Source: Eledone cirrhosa
Lineage: Eukaryota
DNA length: 64,000 nucleotides
Assembly (NCBI GenBank): GCA_964016885.1
Contig: OZ024744.1
Span: 47,306,001 to 47,370,000, forward strand
Direction: 5' to 3'
Under the pieces are notes generated by a model. The model worked only from the letters and a program-made list of their open reading frames with translations, did no database searches and was not told the DNA's origin. Numbering within the stretch: position 1 is the first letter of the stretch; the number at the start of each line of letters is the position of its first letter. Shown here in pieces: positions 1 through 12,200 of the stretch. Made by a program: the position numbers and the translations under genes.

Positions 1-2339
1 CTTTCTCACGTCCACTTTACAGTGTGGGCTGGGTGCTTTTTGCTGTGTCTTTCACATGTCCACTTTACAGTGTGGGCTGGGTGCTTTTTTCAGTGTCTTT
101 CACATGTCCACTTTACAGTGTGGGCTGGGTGCTTTTTGCTGTGTCTTTCACATGTCCACTTTACAATGTGGGCTGTGTGCTTTTTGCTGTGTCTTTCACA
201 TGTCCACTTTACAATGTGGGCTGGGTGCTTTTTGCTGTGTCTTTCACATGTCCACTTTACAGTGTGGGCTGGGTGCTTTTTGCTGTGTCTTTCACATGTC
301 CACTTCACAGTGTGGGCTGGGTGCTTTTTGCTGTGTCTTTCACATGTCCACTTTACAGTGTGGGCTGGGTGCTTTTTCCTGTGTCTTTCACATGTCCACT
401 TTACAGTGTGGGCTGTGTGCTTTTTGCTGTGTCTTTCACATGTCCACTTTACAGTGTGGGCTGGGTGCTTTTTGCTGTGTCTTTCACATGTCCACTTTAC
501 AATGTGGGCTGGGTGCTTTTTGCTGTGTCTTTCACATGTCCACTTTACAGTGTGGGCTGGGTGCTTTTTGCTGTGTCTTTCACATGTCCACTTCACAGTG
601 TGGGCTGGGTGCTTTTTGCTGTGTCTTTCACATGTCCACTTTACAGTGTGGGCTGGGTGCTTTTTGCTGTGTCTTTCATATGTCCACTTTACAGTGTGGG
701 CTGGGTGCTTTTTGCTGTGTCTTTCACATGTCCACTTTACAGTGTGGGCTGGGTGCTTTTTGCTGTGTCTTTCACATGTCCACTTTACAATGTGGGCTGG
801 GTGCTTTTTGCTGTGTCTTTCACATGTCCACTTTACAATGTGGGCTGGGTGCTTTTTGCTGTGTTTTTCACATGTCCACTTTACAGTGTGGGCTGGGTGC
901 TTTTCGCTGTGTCTTTCACATGTCCACTTTACAGTGTGGGCTGGGTGCTTTTTGCTGTGTCTTTCACATGTCCACTTTACAGTGTGGGGTGGGTGCTTTT
1001 TGCAGTGTCTTTCACACGTCCACTTTACAGTGTGGGCTGGGTGCTTTTTGCTGTGTCTTTCACATGTCCACTTTACAGTGTGGGCTGTGTGCTTTTTGCA
1101 GTGTCTTTCACACGTCAACTTTACAGTGTGGCCTGGGTGCTTTTTGCTGTGTCTTTCACATGTCTATTTCACAGTGTGGGCTGGGTGCTTTTTGCTGTGT
1201 CTTTCACATGTCCACTTTACAGTGTGGGCTGGGTGCTTTTTGCTGTGTCTTTCATATGTCCACTTTACAGTGTGGGCTGGGTGCTTTTTTCAGTGTCTTT
1301 CACATGTCCACTTCACGGTGTGGGCGGGGTGATTTTTGCTGTGTCTTTCACATGTCCACTTTACAATGTGGGCTGGGTGCTTTTTGCTGTATCTTTCAAA
1401 TGTCCACTTTACAATGTGGGCTGGGTGCTTTTTGCTGTGTCTTTCACATGTCCACTTTACTGTGTGGGCTGGGCGCTTTTTGCAGTGTCTTTCAAACGTC
1501 AACTTTACAGTGTGGGCTGGGTGCTTTTTACTGTGTCTTTCACATGTCCACTTTACAGTGTGGGCTGGGTGCTTTTTGCTGTGTCTTTCACATGTCCACT
1601 TCACAGTGTGGGCTGGGTGCTTTTTGCTGTGTCTTTCACATGTCCACTTTACAGTGTGGGCTGGGTGCTTTTTGCTGTGTCTTTCACATGTCCACTTTAC
1701 AGTGTGGGCTGTGTGCTTTTTGCTGTGTCTTTCACATGTCCACTTTACAGTGTGGGCTGGGTGCTTTTTGCTGTGTCTTTCACATGTCCACTTTACAGTG
1801 TGGGCTGGGTGCTTTTTGCTGTGTCTTTCACATGTCCACTTTACAGTGTGGGCTGGGTCCTTTTTGCTGTGTCTTTCACATGTCCATCTTACAATGTGAG
1901 CTGGGTGCTTTTTGCTGTGTCTTTCACATGTCCACTTTACAGTGTGGGCTGGGTGCTTGTTGCTGTGTCTTTCTCACGTCCACTTTACAGTGTGGGCTGG
2001 GTGCTTTTTGCTGTGTCTTTCACATGTCCACTTTACAGTGCGGGCTAGGTGCTTTTTTAAGTGTCTTTCACACGTCCACTTTACATTGTGGGCTGGGTGC
2101 TTGTTGCTGTGTCTTTCTCACGTCCACCTTACAGTGTGGGCTGGGTGCTTTTTGCTGTGTCTTTCACATGTCCACGTTACAGTGTGGACTGGGTGCTTTT
2201 TTCAGTGTCTTTCACATGTCCACTTTACAGTGAGGGCTGGGCGCTTTTTGCAGTGTCTTTCAAACGTCAACTTTACAGTGTGGGCTGGGTGCTTTTTACT
2301 GTGTCTTTCACATGTCCACTTTACAGTGTGGGCTGGGTG

Positions 2340-5300
2340 CTTTTTTCAGTGTCTTTCACACGTCCACTTTACATTGTGGGCTGGGTGCTTGTTGCTGTGT
2401 CTTTCTCACGTCCACTTTACAGTGCGGGCTGGGTGCTTTTTGCTGTGTCTTTCACATGTCCACTTTACAGTGTGGGCTGGGTGCTTTTTTCAGTTTCTTT
2501 CACATGTCCACTTTACAGTGTGGGCTGGGCGCTTTTTGCAGTGTCTTTCAAACGTCAACTTTACAGTGTGGGCTGGGTGCTTTTTACTGTGTCTTTCACA
2601 TGTCCACTTTACAGTGTGGGCTGTGTGCTTGTTGCTGTGTCTTTCTCCCGTTCACTTTACAGTGTGGGCTGGGTGCTTGTTGCTGTGTCTTTCACATGTC
2701 CACTTTACAGTGTGGGCTGGGTGCTTTTTTCAGTGTCTTTCACACGTCCACTTTACAGTGTGGGCTGGGTGCTTGTTGCTGTGTCTTTCTCACGTCCACT
2801 TTACAGTGTGGGCTGGGTGCTTTTTGCTGTGTCTTTCACATGTCCACTTTACAGTGTGGGCTGGGTGCTTTTTTCAGTGTCTTTCACATGTCCACTTTAC
2901 AGTGTGGGCTGGGTGCTTTTTGCTGTGTCTTTCACATGTCCACTTTACAATGTGGGCTGTGTGCTTTTTGCTGTGTCTTTCACATGTCCACTTTACAATG
3001 TGGGCTGGGTGCTTTTTGCTGTGTCTTTCACATGTCCACTTTACAGTGTGGGCTGGGTGCTTTTTGCTGTGTCTTTCACATGTCCACTTCACAGTGTGGG
3101 CTGGGTGCTTTTTGCTGTGTCTTTCACATGTCCACTTTACAGTGTGGGCTGGGTGCTTTTTGCTGTGTCTTTCACATGTCCACTTTACAGTGTGGGCTGT
3201 GTGCTTTTTGCTGTGTCTTTCACATGTCCACTTTACAGTGTGGGCTGGGTGCTTTTTGCTGTGTCTTTCACATGTCCACTTTACAATGTGGGCTGGGTGC
3301 TTTTTGCTGTGTCTTTCACATGTCCACTTTACAATGTGGGCTGGGTGCTTTTTGCTGTGTCTTTCACATGTCCACTTTACAGTGTGGGCTGGGTGCTTTT
3401 TGCTGTGTCTTTCACATGTCCACTTCACAGTGTGGGCTGGGTACTTTTTGCTGTGTCTTTCACACGTCCACCTTACAGTTTGGGCTGGGTGCTTTTTGCT
3501 GTGTCTTTCACATGTCCACTTTACAGTGTGGGCTGGGTGCTTTTTGCTGTGTCTTTCACATGTCCACTTTACAGTGTGGGCTGGGTGCTTTTTGCTGTGT
3601 CTTTCACATGTCCACTTTACAGTGTGGGCTGGGTGCTTTTTGCTGTGTCTTTCACATGTCCACTTTACAATGTGGGCTGGGTGCTTTTTGCTGTGTCTTT
3701 CACATGTCCACTCTATAGTGTGGGCTGGGTGCTTTTTGCAGTGTCTTTCACACGTCCACTTTACAGTGTGTGCTGGGTGCTTATTGCTGTGTCTTTCACA
3801 TGTCCACTTTACAATGTGGGCTGGGTGCTTTTTGCTGTGTCTTTCACATGTCCACTTTACAGTGTGGGGTGTGTGCTTCTTGCAGTGTCTTTCACACGTC
3901 CACTTTACAGTGTGGGCTGGGTGCTTTTTGCTGTGTCTTTCACATGTCCACTTTACAGTGTGGGCTGGGTGCTTTTTGCTGTGTCTTTCACATATCCACT
4001 TTACAGTCTGGGCTGGGTGCTTTTTGCTGAGTCTTTCACACGTCCACTTTACAGTGTGGGCTGGGTGCTTTTTGCTGTGTCTTTCACACGTCCACTTTAC
4101 AGTGTGGGCTGGGTGCTTTTTGCTGTGTCTTTCACATGTCCACTTTACAATGTGGGCTGGGTGCTTTTTGCTGTGTCTTTCACATGTCCACTTTAGAGTG
4201 TGGGCAGGATGCTTCTTGCAGTGTCTTTCACACGTCCACTTTACAGTGTGGGCTGGGTGCTTTTTGCTGTGTCTTTCACATGTCCACTTTGTAGTGTGGG
4301 CTGGGTGCTTTTTGCAGTGTCTTTCACACGTCCACTTTACAGTGTGGGCTGGGTGCTTTTTGCTGTGTCTTTCACATGTCCACTTTACAGTGTGGGCTGG
4401 GTGCTTTTTGCTGTGTCTTTCACATGTCCACTTTACAGTGTGGGCTGGGTGCTTTTTGCTGTGTCTTTCACATGTCCACTTTACAGTGTGGGCTGGGTGC
4501 TTTTTGCTGTGTCTTTCACATGTCCATCTTACAATGTGAGCTGGGTGCTTTTTGCTGTGTCTTTCACATGTCCACTTTACAGTGTGGGCTGGGTGCTTGT
4601 TGCTGTGTCTTTCTCACGTCCACTTTACAGTGTGGGCTGGGTGCTTTTTGCTGTGTCTTTTCACATGTTCACTTTACAGTGCGGGCTAGGTGCTTTTTTA
4701 AGTGTCTTTCACACGTCCACTTTACATTGTGGGCTGGGTGCTTGTTGCTGTGTCTTTCTCACGTCCACCTTACAGTGTGGGCTGGGTGCTTTTTGCTGTG
4801 TCTTTCACATGTCCACGTTACAGTGTGGACTGGGTGCTTTTTTCAGTGTCTTTCACATGTCCACTTTACAGTGAGGGCTGGGCGCTTTTTGCAGTGTCTT
4901 TCAAACGTCAACTTTACAGTGTGGGCTGGGTGCTTTTTACTGTGTCTTTCACATGTCCACTTTACAGTGTGGGCTGGGTGCTTTTTGCTGTGTCTTTCAC
5001 ATGTCCACTTTTCAGTGTGGGCTGGGTGCTTGTTGCTGTGTCTTTCTCACGTCTACTTTACAGTGTGGGCTGGGTGCTTTTTGCTGTGTCTTTCACATGT
5101 CCACTTTACAGTGTGGGCTAGGTGCTTTTTTCAGTGTCTTTCACACGTCCACTTTACATTGTGGGCTGGGTGCTTGTTGCTGTGTCTTTCTCACGTCCAC
5201 TTTACAGTGCGGGCTGGGTGCTTTTTGCTGTGTCTTTCACATGTCCACTTTACAGTGTGGGCTGGGTGCTTTTTTCAGTTTCTTTCACATGTCCACTTTA

Positions 5301-8300
5301 CAGTGTGGGCTGGGCGCTTTTTGCAGTGTCTTTCAAACGTCAACTTTACAGTGTGGGCTGGGTGCTTTTTACTGTGTCTTTCACATGTCCACTTTACAGT
5401 GTGGGCTGTGTGCTTGTTGCTGTGTCTTTCTCCCGTTCACTTTACAGTGTGGGCTGGGTGCTTGTTGCTGTGTCTTTCACATGTCCACTTTACAGTGTGG
5501 GCTGGGTGCTTTTTTCAGTGTCTTTCACACGTCCACTTTACAGTGTGGGCTGGGTGCTTGTTGCTGTGTCTTTCTCACGTCCACTTTACAGTGTGGGCTG
5601 GGTGCTTTTTGCTGTGTCTTTCACATGTCCACTTTACAGTGTGGGCTGGGTGCTTTTTGCTGTGTCTTTCACATGTTCACTTTACAGTGTGGGCTGGGTG
5701 CTTTTTGCTGTGTCTTTCACATGTCCACTTTACAGTGTGGGCTGGGTGCTTTTTGCTGTGTCTTTCACATGTCCACTTTACAATGTGGGCTGGGTGCTTT
5801 TTGCTGTGTCTTTCACATGTCCACTTTACAATGTGGGCTGGGTGCTTTTTGCAGTGTCTTTCACACGTCCACTTTACAGTGTGTGCTGGGTGCTTATTGC
5901 TGTGTCTTTCACATGTCCACTTTACAATGTGGGCTGGGTGCTTTTTGCTGTGTCTTTCACATGTCCACTTTACAGTGTGGGGTGTGTGCTTCTTGCAGTG
6001 TCTTTCACACGTCCACTTTACAGTGTGGGCTGGGTGCTTTTTGCTGTGTCTTTCACATGTCCACTTTACAGTGTGGGCTGGGTGCTTTTTGCTGTGTCTT
6101 TCACATATCCACTTTACAGTGTGGGCTGGGTGCTTTTTGCTGAGTCTTTCACACGTCCACTTTACAGTGTGGGCTGGGTGCTTTTTGCTGTGTCTTTCAC
6201 ACGTCCACTTTACAGTGTGGGCTGGGTGCTTTTTGCTGTGTCTTTCACATGTCCACTTTACAATGTGGGCTGGGTGCTTTTTGCTGTGTCTTTCACATGT
6301 CCACTTTACAGTGTGGGCTGGGTGCTTTTTGCTGTGTCTTTCACATGTCCATCTTACAATGTGAGCTGGGTGCTTTTTGCTGTGTCTTTCACATGTCCAC
6401 TTTACAGTGTGGGCTGGGTGCTTGTTGCTGTGTCTTTCTCACGTCCACTTTACAGTGTGGGCTGGGTGCTTTTTGCTGTGTCTTTCACATGTCCACTTTA
6501 CAGTGCGGGCTAGGTGCTTTTTTAAGTGTCTTTCACACGTCCACTTTACATTGTGGGCTGGGTGCTTGTTGCTGTGTCTTTCTCACGTCCACCTTACAGT
6601 GTGGGCTGGGTGCTTTTTGCTGTGTCTTTCACATGTCCACGTTACAGTGTGGACTGGGTGCTTTTTTCAGTGTCTTTCACATGTCCACTTTACAGTGAGG
6701 GCTGGGCGCTTTTTGCAGTGTCTTTCAAACGTCAACTTTACAGTGTGGGCTGGGTGCTTTTTACTGTGTCTTTCACATGTCCACTTTACAGTGTGGGCTG
6801 GGTGCTTTTTGCTGTGTCTTTCACATGTCCACTTTTCAGTGTGGGCTGGGTGCTTGTTGCTGTGTCTTTCTCACGTCCACTTTACAGTGTGGGCTGGGTG
6901 CTTTTTGCTGTGTCTTTCACATGTCCACTTTACAGTGTGGGCTAGGTGCTTTTTTCAGTGTCTTTCACACGTCCACTTTACATTGTGGGCTGGGTGCTTG
7001 TTGCTGTGTCTTTCTCACGTCCACTTTACAGTGCGGGCTGGGTGCTTTTTGCTGTGTCTTTCACATGTCCACTTTACAGTGTGGGCTGGGTGCTTTTTTC
7101 AGTTTCTTTCACATGTCCACTTTACAGTGTGGGCTGGGCGCTTTTTGCAGTGTCTTTCAAACGTCAACTTTACAGTGTGGGCTGGGTGCTTTTTACTGTG
7201 TCTTTCACATGTCCACTTTACAGTGTGGGCTGTGTGCTTGTTGCTGTGTCTTTCTCCCGTTCACTTTACAGTGTGGGCTGGGTGCTTGTTGCTGTGTCTT
7301 TCACATGTCCACTTTACAGTGTGGGCTGGGTGCTTTTTTCAGTGTCTTTCACACGTCCACTTTACAGTGTGGGCTGGGTGCTTGTTGCTGTGTCTTTCTC
7401 ACGTCCACTTTACAGTGTGGGCTGGGTGCTTTTTGCTGTGTCTTTCACATGTCCACTTTACAGTGTGGGCTGGGTGCTTTTTTCAGTGTCTTTCACATGT
7501 CCACTTTACAGTGTGGGCTGGGTGCTTTTTGCTGTGTCTTTCACATGTCCACTTTACAATGTGGGCTGTGTGCTTTTTGCTGTGTCTTTCACATGTCCAC
7601 TTTACAATGTGGGCTGGGTGCTTTTTGCTGTGTCTTTCACATGTCCACTTTACAGTGTGGGCTGGGTGCTTTTTGCTGTGTCTTTCACATGTCCACTTCA
7701 CAGTGTGGGCTGGGTGCTTTTTGCTGTGTCTTTCACATGTCCACTTTACAGTGTGGGCTGGGTGCTTTTTGCTGTGTCTTTCACATGTCCACTTTACAGT
7801 GTGGGCTGTGTGCTTTTTGCTGTGTCTTTCACATGTCCACTTTACAGTGTGGGCTGGGTGCTTTTTGCTGTGTCTTTCACATGTCCACTTTACAATGTGG
7901 GCTGGGTGCTTTTTGCTGTGTCTTTCACATGTCCACTTTACAATGTGGGCTGGGTGCTTTTTGCTGTGTCTTTCACATGTCCACTTTACAGTGTGGGCTG
8001 GGTGCTTTTTGCTGTGTCTTTCACATGTCCACTTCACAGTGTGGGCTGGGTACTTTTTGCTGTGTCTTTCACACGTCCACTTTACAGTTCGGGCTGGGTG
8101 CTTTTTGCTGTGTCTTTCACATGTCCACTTTACAGTGTGGGCTGGGTGCTTTTTGCTGTGTCTTTCACATGTCCACTTTACAGTGTGGGCTGGGTGCTTT
8201 TTGCTGTGTCTTTCACATGTCCACTTTACAGTGTGGGCTGGGTGCTTTTCGCTGTGTCTTTCACATGTCCACTTTACAATGTGGGCTGGGTGCTTTTTGC

Positions 8301-8990
8301 TGTGTCTTTCACATGTCCACTCTATAGTGTGGGCTGGGTGCTTTTTGCAGTGTCTTTCACACGTCCACTTTACAGTGTGGGCTGGGTGCTTATTGCTGTG
8401 TCTTTCACATGTCCACTTTACAATGTGGGCTGGGTGCTTTTTGCTGTGTCTTTCACATGTCCACTTTACAGTGTGGGGTGTGTGCTTCTTGCAGTGTCTT
8501 TCACACGTCCACTTTACAGTGTGGGCTGGGTGCTTTTTGCTGTGTCTTTCACATGTCCACTTTACAGTGTGGGCTGGGTGCTTTTTGCTGTGTCTTTCAC
8601 ATATCCACTTTACAGTGTGGGCTGGGTGCTTTTTGCTGAGTCTTTCACACGTCCACTTTACAGTGTGGGCTGGGTGCTTTTTGCTGTGTCTTTCACACGT
8701 CCACTTTACAGTGTGGGCTGGGTGCTTTTTGCTGTGTCTTTCACATGTCCACTTTACAATGTGGGCTGGGTGCTTTTTGCTGTGTCTTTCACATGTCCAC
8801 TTTACAGTGTGGGCTGGATGCTTCTTGCAGTGTCTTTCACACGTCCACTTTACAGTGTGGGCTGGGTGCTTTTTGCTGTGTCTTTCACATGTCCACTTTA
8901 TAGTGTGGGCTGGGTGCTTTTTGCAGTGTCTTTCACACGTCCACTTTACAGTGTGGGCTGGGTGCTTTTTGCTGTGTCTTTCACATGTCC
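2340..8990. repeat. Duplicated block inside the array: about 2340-4380 and about 6949-8990 (offset 4,609 = 96 monomers + 1 nt)
   Basis: The minus-strand ORFs 2874..3428 and 7483..8037 translate identically. Rare variants are shared in the same order (CAGTTTC at ~2491/7100, TCTCCCGTTC at ~2644/7253, CTCTATAG at ~3711/8320). A few differences exist between the copies. Confidence 0.85.
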
Positions 8991-9229
8991 ACTTTACAAT
9001 GTGGGCTGGGTGCTTTTTGCTGTGTCTTTCACATGTCCACTTTACAATGTGGGCTGTGTGCTTCTTGCAGTGTCTTTCACACGTCCACTTTACAGTGTGG
9101 GCTGGGTGCTTTTTGCTGTGTCTTTCACATGTCCACTTTACAGTGTGGGCTGGGTGCTTTTTGCTGTGTCTTTCACATGTCCACTTTACAGTGTGGGCTG
9201 GGTGCTTTTTGCTGTGTCTTTCACATGTC

Positions 9230-12200
9230 CATTTTACAATGTGAGCTGGGTGCTTTTTGCTGTGTCTTTCACATGTCCACTTTACAGTGTGGGCTGGGTG
9301 CTTGTTGCTGTGTCTTTCTCACGTCCACTTTACAGTGTGGGCTGGGTGCTTTTTGCTGTGTCTTTCACATGTCCACTTTACAGTGCGGGCTAGGTGCTTT
9401 TTTCAGTGTCTTTCACACGTCCACTTTACATTGTGGGCTGGGTGCTTGTTGCTGTGTCTTTCTCACGTCCACTTTACAGTGTGGGCTGGGTGCTTTTTGC
9501 TGTGTCTTTCACATGTCCACTTTACAGTGTGGGCTGGGTGCTTTTTTCAGTGTCTTTCACATGTCCACTTTACAGTGTGGGCTGGGCGCTTTTTGCTGTG
9601 TCTTTTCACATGTCCACTTTACAATGTGGGCTGGGTGCTTTTTGCTGTGTCTTTCACATGTCCACTTTACAGTGTGGGCTGGGTGCTTTTTGCTGTGTCT
9701 TTCACATGTCCACTTCACAGTGTGGGCTGGGTGCTTTTTGCTGTGTCTTTCACATGTCCACTTTACAGTGTGGGCTGGTTGCTTTTTGCTGTGTCTTTCA
9801 CATGTCCACTTTACAGTGTGGGCTGTGTGCTTTTTGCTGTGTCTTTCACATGTCCACTTTACAGTGTGGGCTGGGTGCTTTTTGCTGTGTCTTTCACATG
9901 TCCACTTTACAATGTGGGCTGGGTGCTTTTTGCTGTGTCTTTCACATGTCCACTTTACAATGTGGGCTGGGTGCTTTTTGCTGTGTCTTTCACATGTCCA
10001 CTTTACAGTGTGGGCTGGGTGCTTTTTGCTGTGTCTTTCACATGTCCACTTCACAGTGTGGACTGGGTACTTTTTGCTGTGTCTTTCACACGTCCACTTT
10101 ACAGTTTGGGCTGGGTGCTTTTTGCTGTGTCTTTCACATGTCCACTTTACAGTGTGGGCTGGGTGCTTTTTGCTGTGTCTTTCACATGTCCACTTTACAG
10201 TGTGGGCTGGGTGCTTTTTGCTGTGTCTTTCACATGTCCACTTTACAGTGTGGGCTGGGTCCTTTTTGCTGTGTCCTTCACATGTCCACTTTACAATGTG
10301 GGCTGGGTGCTTTTTGCTGTGTCTTTCACATGTCCACTCTATAGTGTGGGCTGGGTGCTTTTTGCAGTGTCTTTCACACGTCCACTTTACAGTGTGGGCT
10401 GGGTGCTTATTGCTGTGTCTTTCACATGTCCACTTTACAATGTGGGCTGGGTGCTTTTTGCTGTGTCTTTCACATGTCCACTTTACAGTGTGGGGTGTGT
10501 GATTCTTGCAGTGTCTTTCACACGTCCACTTTACAGTGTGGGCTGGGTGCTTTTTGCAGTGTCTTTCACACGTCCACTTTACAGTGTGGGCTGGGTGCTT
10601 TTTGCTGTGTCTTTCACATGTCCACTTTACAATGTGGGCTGGGTGCTTTTTGCTGTGTCTTTCACATGTCCACTTTACAATGTGGGCTGTGTGCTTCTTG
10701 CAGTGTCTTTCACACGTCCACTTTACAGTGTGGGCTGGGTGCTTTTTGCTGTGTCTTTCACATGTCCACTTTACAGTGTGGGCTGGGTGCTTTTTGCTGT
10801 GTCTTTCACATGTCCACTTTACAGTGTGGGCTGGGTGCTTTTTGCTGTGTCTTTCACATGTCCATTTTACAATGTGAGCTGGGTGCTTTTTGCTGTGTCT
10901 TTCACATGTCCACTTTACAGTGTGGGCTGGGTGCTTGTTGCTGTGTCTTTCTCACGTCCACTTTACAGTGTGGGCTGGGTGCTTTTTGCTGTGTCTTTCA
11001 CATGTCCACTTTACAGTGCGGGCTAGGTGCTTTTTTCAGTGTCTTTCACACGTCCACTTTACATTGTGGGCTGGGTGCTTGTTGCTGTGTCTTTCTCACG
11101 TCCACTTTACAGTGTGGGCTGGGTGCTTTTTGCTGTGTCTTTCACATGTCCACTTTACAGTGTGGGCTGGGTGCTTTTTTCAGTGTCTTTCACATGTCCA
11201 CTTTACAGTGTGGGCTGGGCGCTTTTTGCTGTGTCTTTTCACATGTCCACTTTACAATGTGGGCTGGGTGCTTTTTGCTGTGTCTTTCACATGTCCACTT
11301 TACAGTGTGGGCTGGGTGCTTTTTGCTGTGTCTTTCACATGTCCATTTTACAATGTGAGCTGGGTGCTTTTTGCTGTGTCTTTCACATGTCCACTTTACA
11401 GTGTGGGCTGGGTGCTTGTTGCTGTGTCTTTCTCACGTCCACTTTACAGTGTGGGCTGGGTGCTTTTTGCTGTGTCTTTCACATGTCCACTTTACAGTGC
11501 GGGCTAGGTGCTTTTTTCAGTGTCTTTCACACGTCCACTTTACATTGTGGGCTGGGTGCTTGTTGCTGTGTCTTTCTCACGTCCACTTTACAGTGTGGGC
11601 TGGGTGCTTTTTGCTGTGTCTTTCACATGTCCACTTTACAGTGTGGGCTGGGTGCTTTTTTCAGTGTCTTTCACATGTCCACTTTACAGTGTGGGCTGGG
11701 CGCTTTTTGCTGTGTCTTTTCACATGTCCACTTTACAATGTGGGCTGGGTGCTTTTTGCTGTGTCTTTCACATGTCCACTTTACAGTGTGGGCTGGGTGC
11801 TTTTTGCTGTGTCTTTCACATGTCCACTTCACAGTGTGGGCTGGGTGCTTTTTGCTGTGTCTTTCACATGTCCACTTTACAGTGTGGGCTGGTTGCTTTT
11901 TGCTGTGTCTTTCACATGTCCACTTTACAGTGTGGGCTGTGTGCTTTTTGCTGTGTCTTTCACATGTCCACTTTACAGTGTGGGCTGGGTGCTTTTTGCT
12001 GTGTCTTTCACATGTCCACTTTACAATGTGGGCTGGGTGCTTTTTGCTGTGTCTTTCACATGTCCACTTTACAATGTGGGCTGGGTGCTTTTTGCTGTGT
12101 CTTTCACATGTCCACTTTACAGTGTGGGCTGGGTGCTTTTTGCTGTGTCTTTCACATGTCCACTTCACAGTGTGGACTGGGTACTTTTTGCTGTGTCTTT

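Noticed and set aside
52-61. p53-like half-site / E-box (TCACATGTCC)
   Set aside because: It is an 8/10 match to a single RRRCWWGYYY half-site with the next one 48 bp away. Such short motifs are expected by chance and there is no promoter context.
24-82. G-quadruplex motif from GGGCTGGG
   Set aside because: There are only two G3 runs per monomer. Four runs need a ~40-nt central loop, well outside the canonical G4 pattern.
90-1118. Minus-strand His/Lys/Cys repeat ORFs (KWTCERHSKKHPAHTV) that superficially suggest zinc fingers
   Set aside because: There is only one Cys per 16 aa and no C-x2-4-C...H-x3-5-H pattern or TGEKP linker. The frame is often broken by common variants (TTTTTTCAG, TCTCACG).
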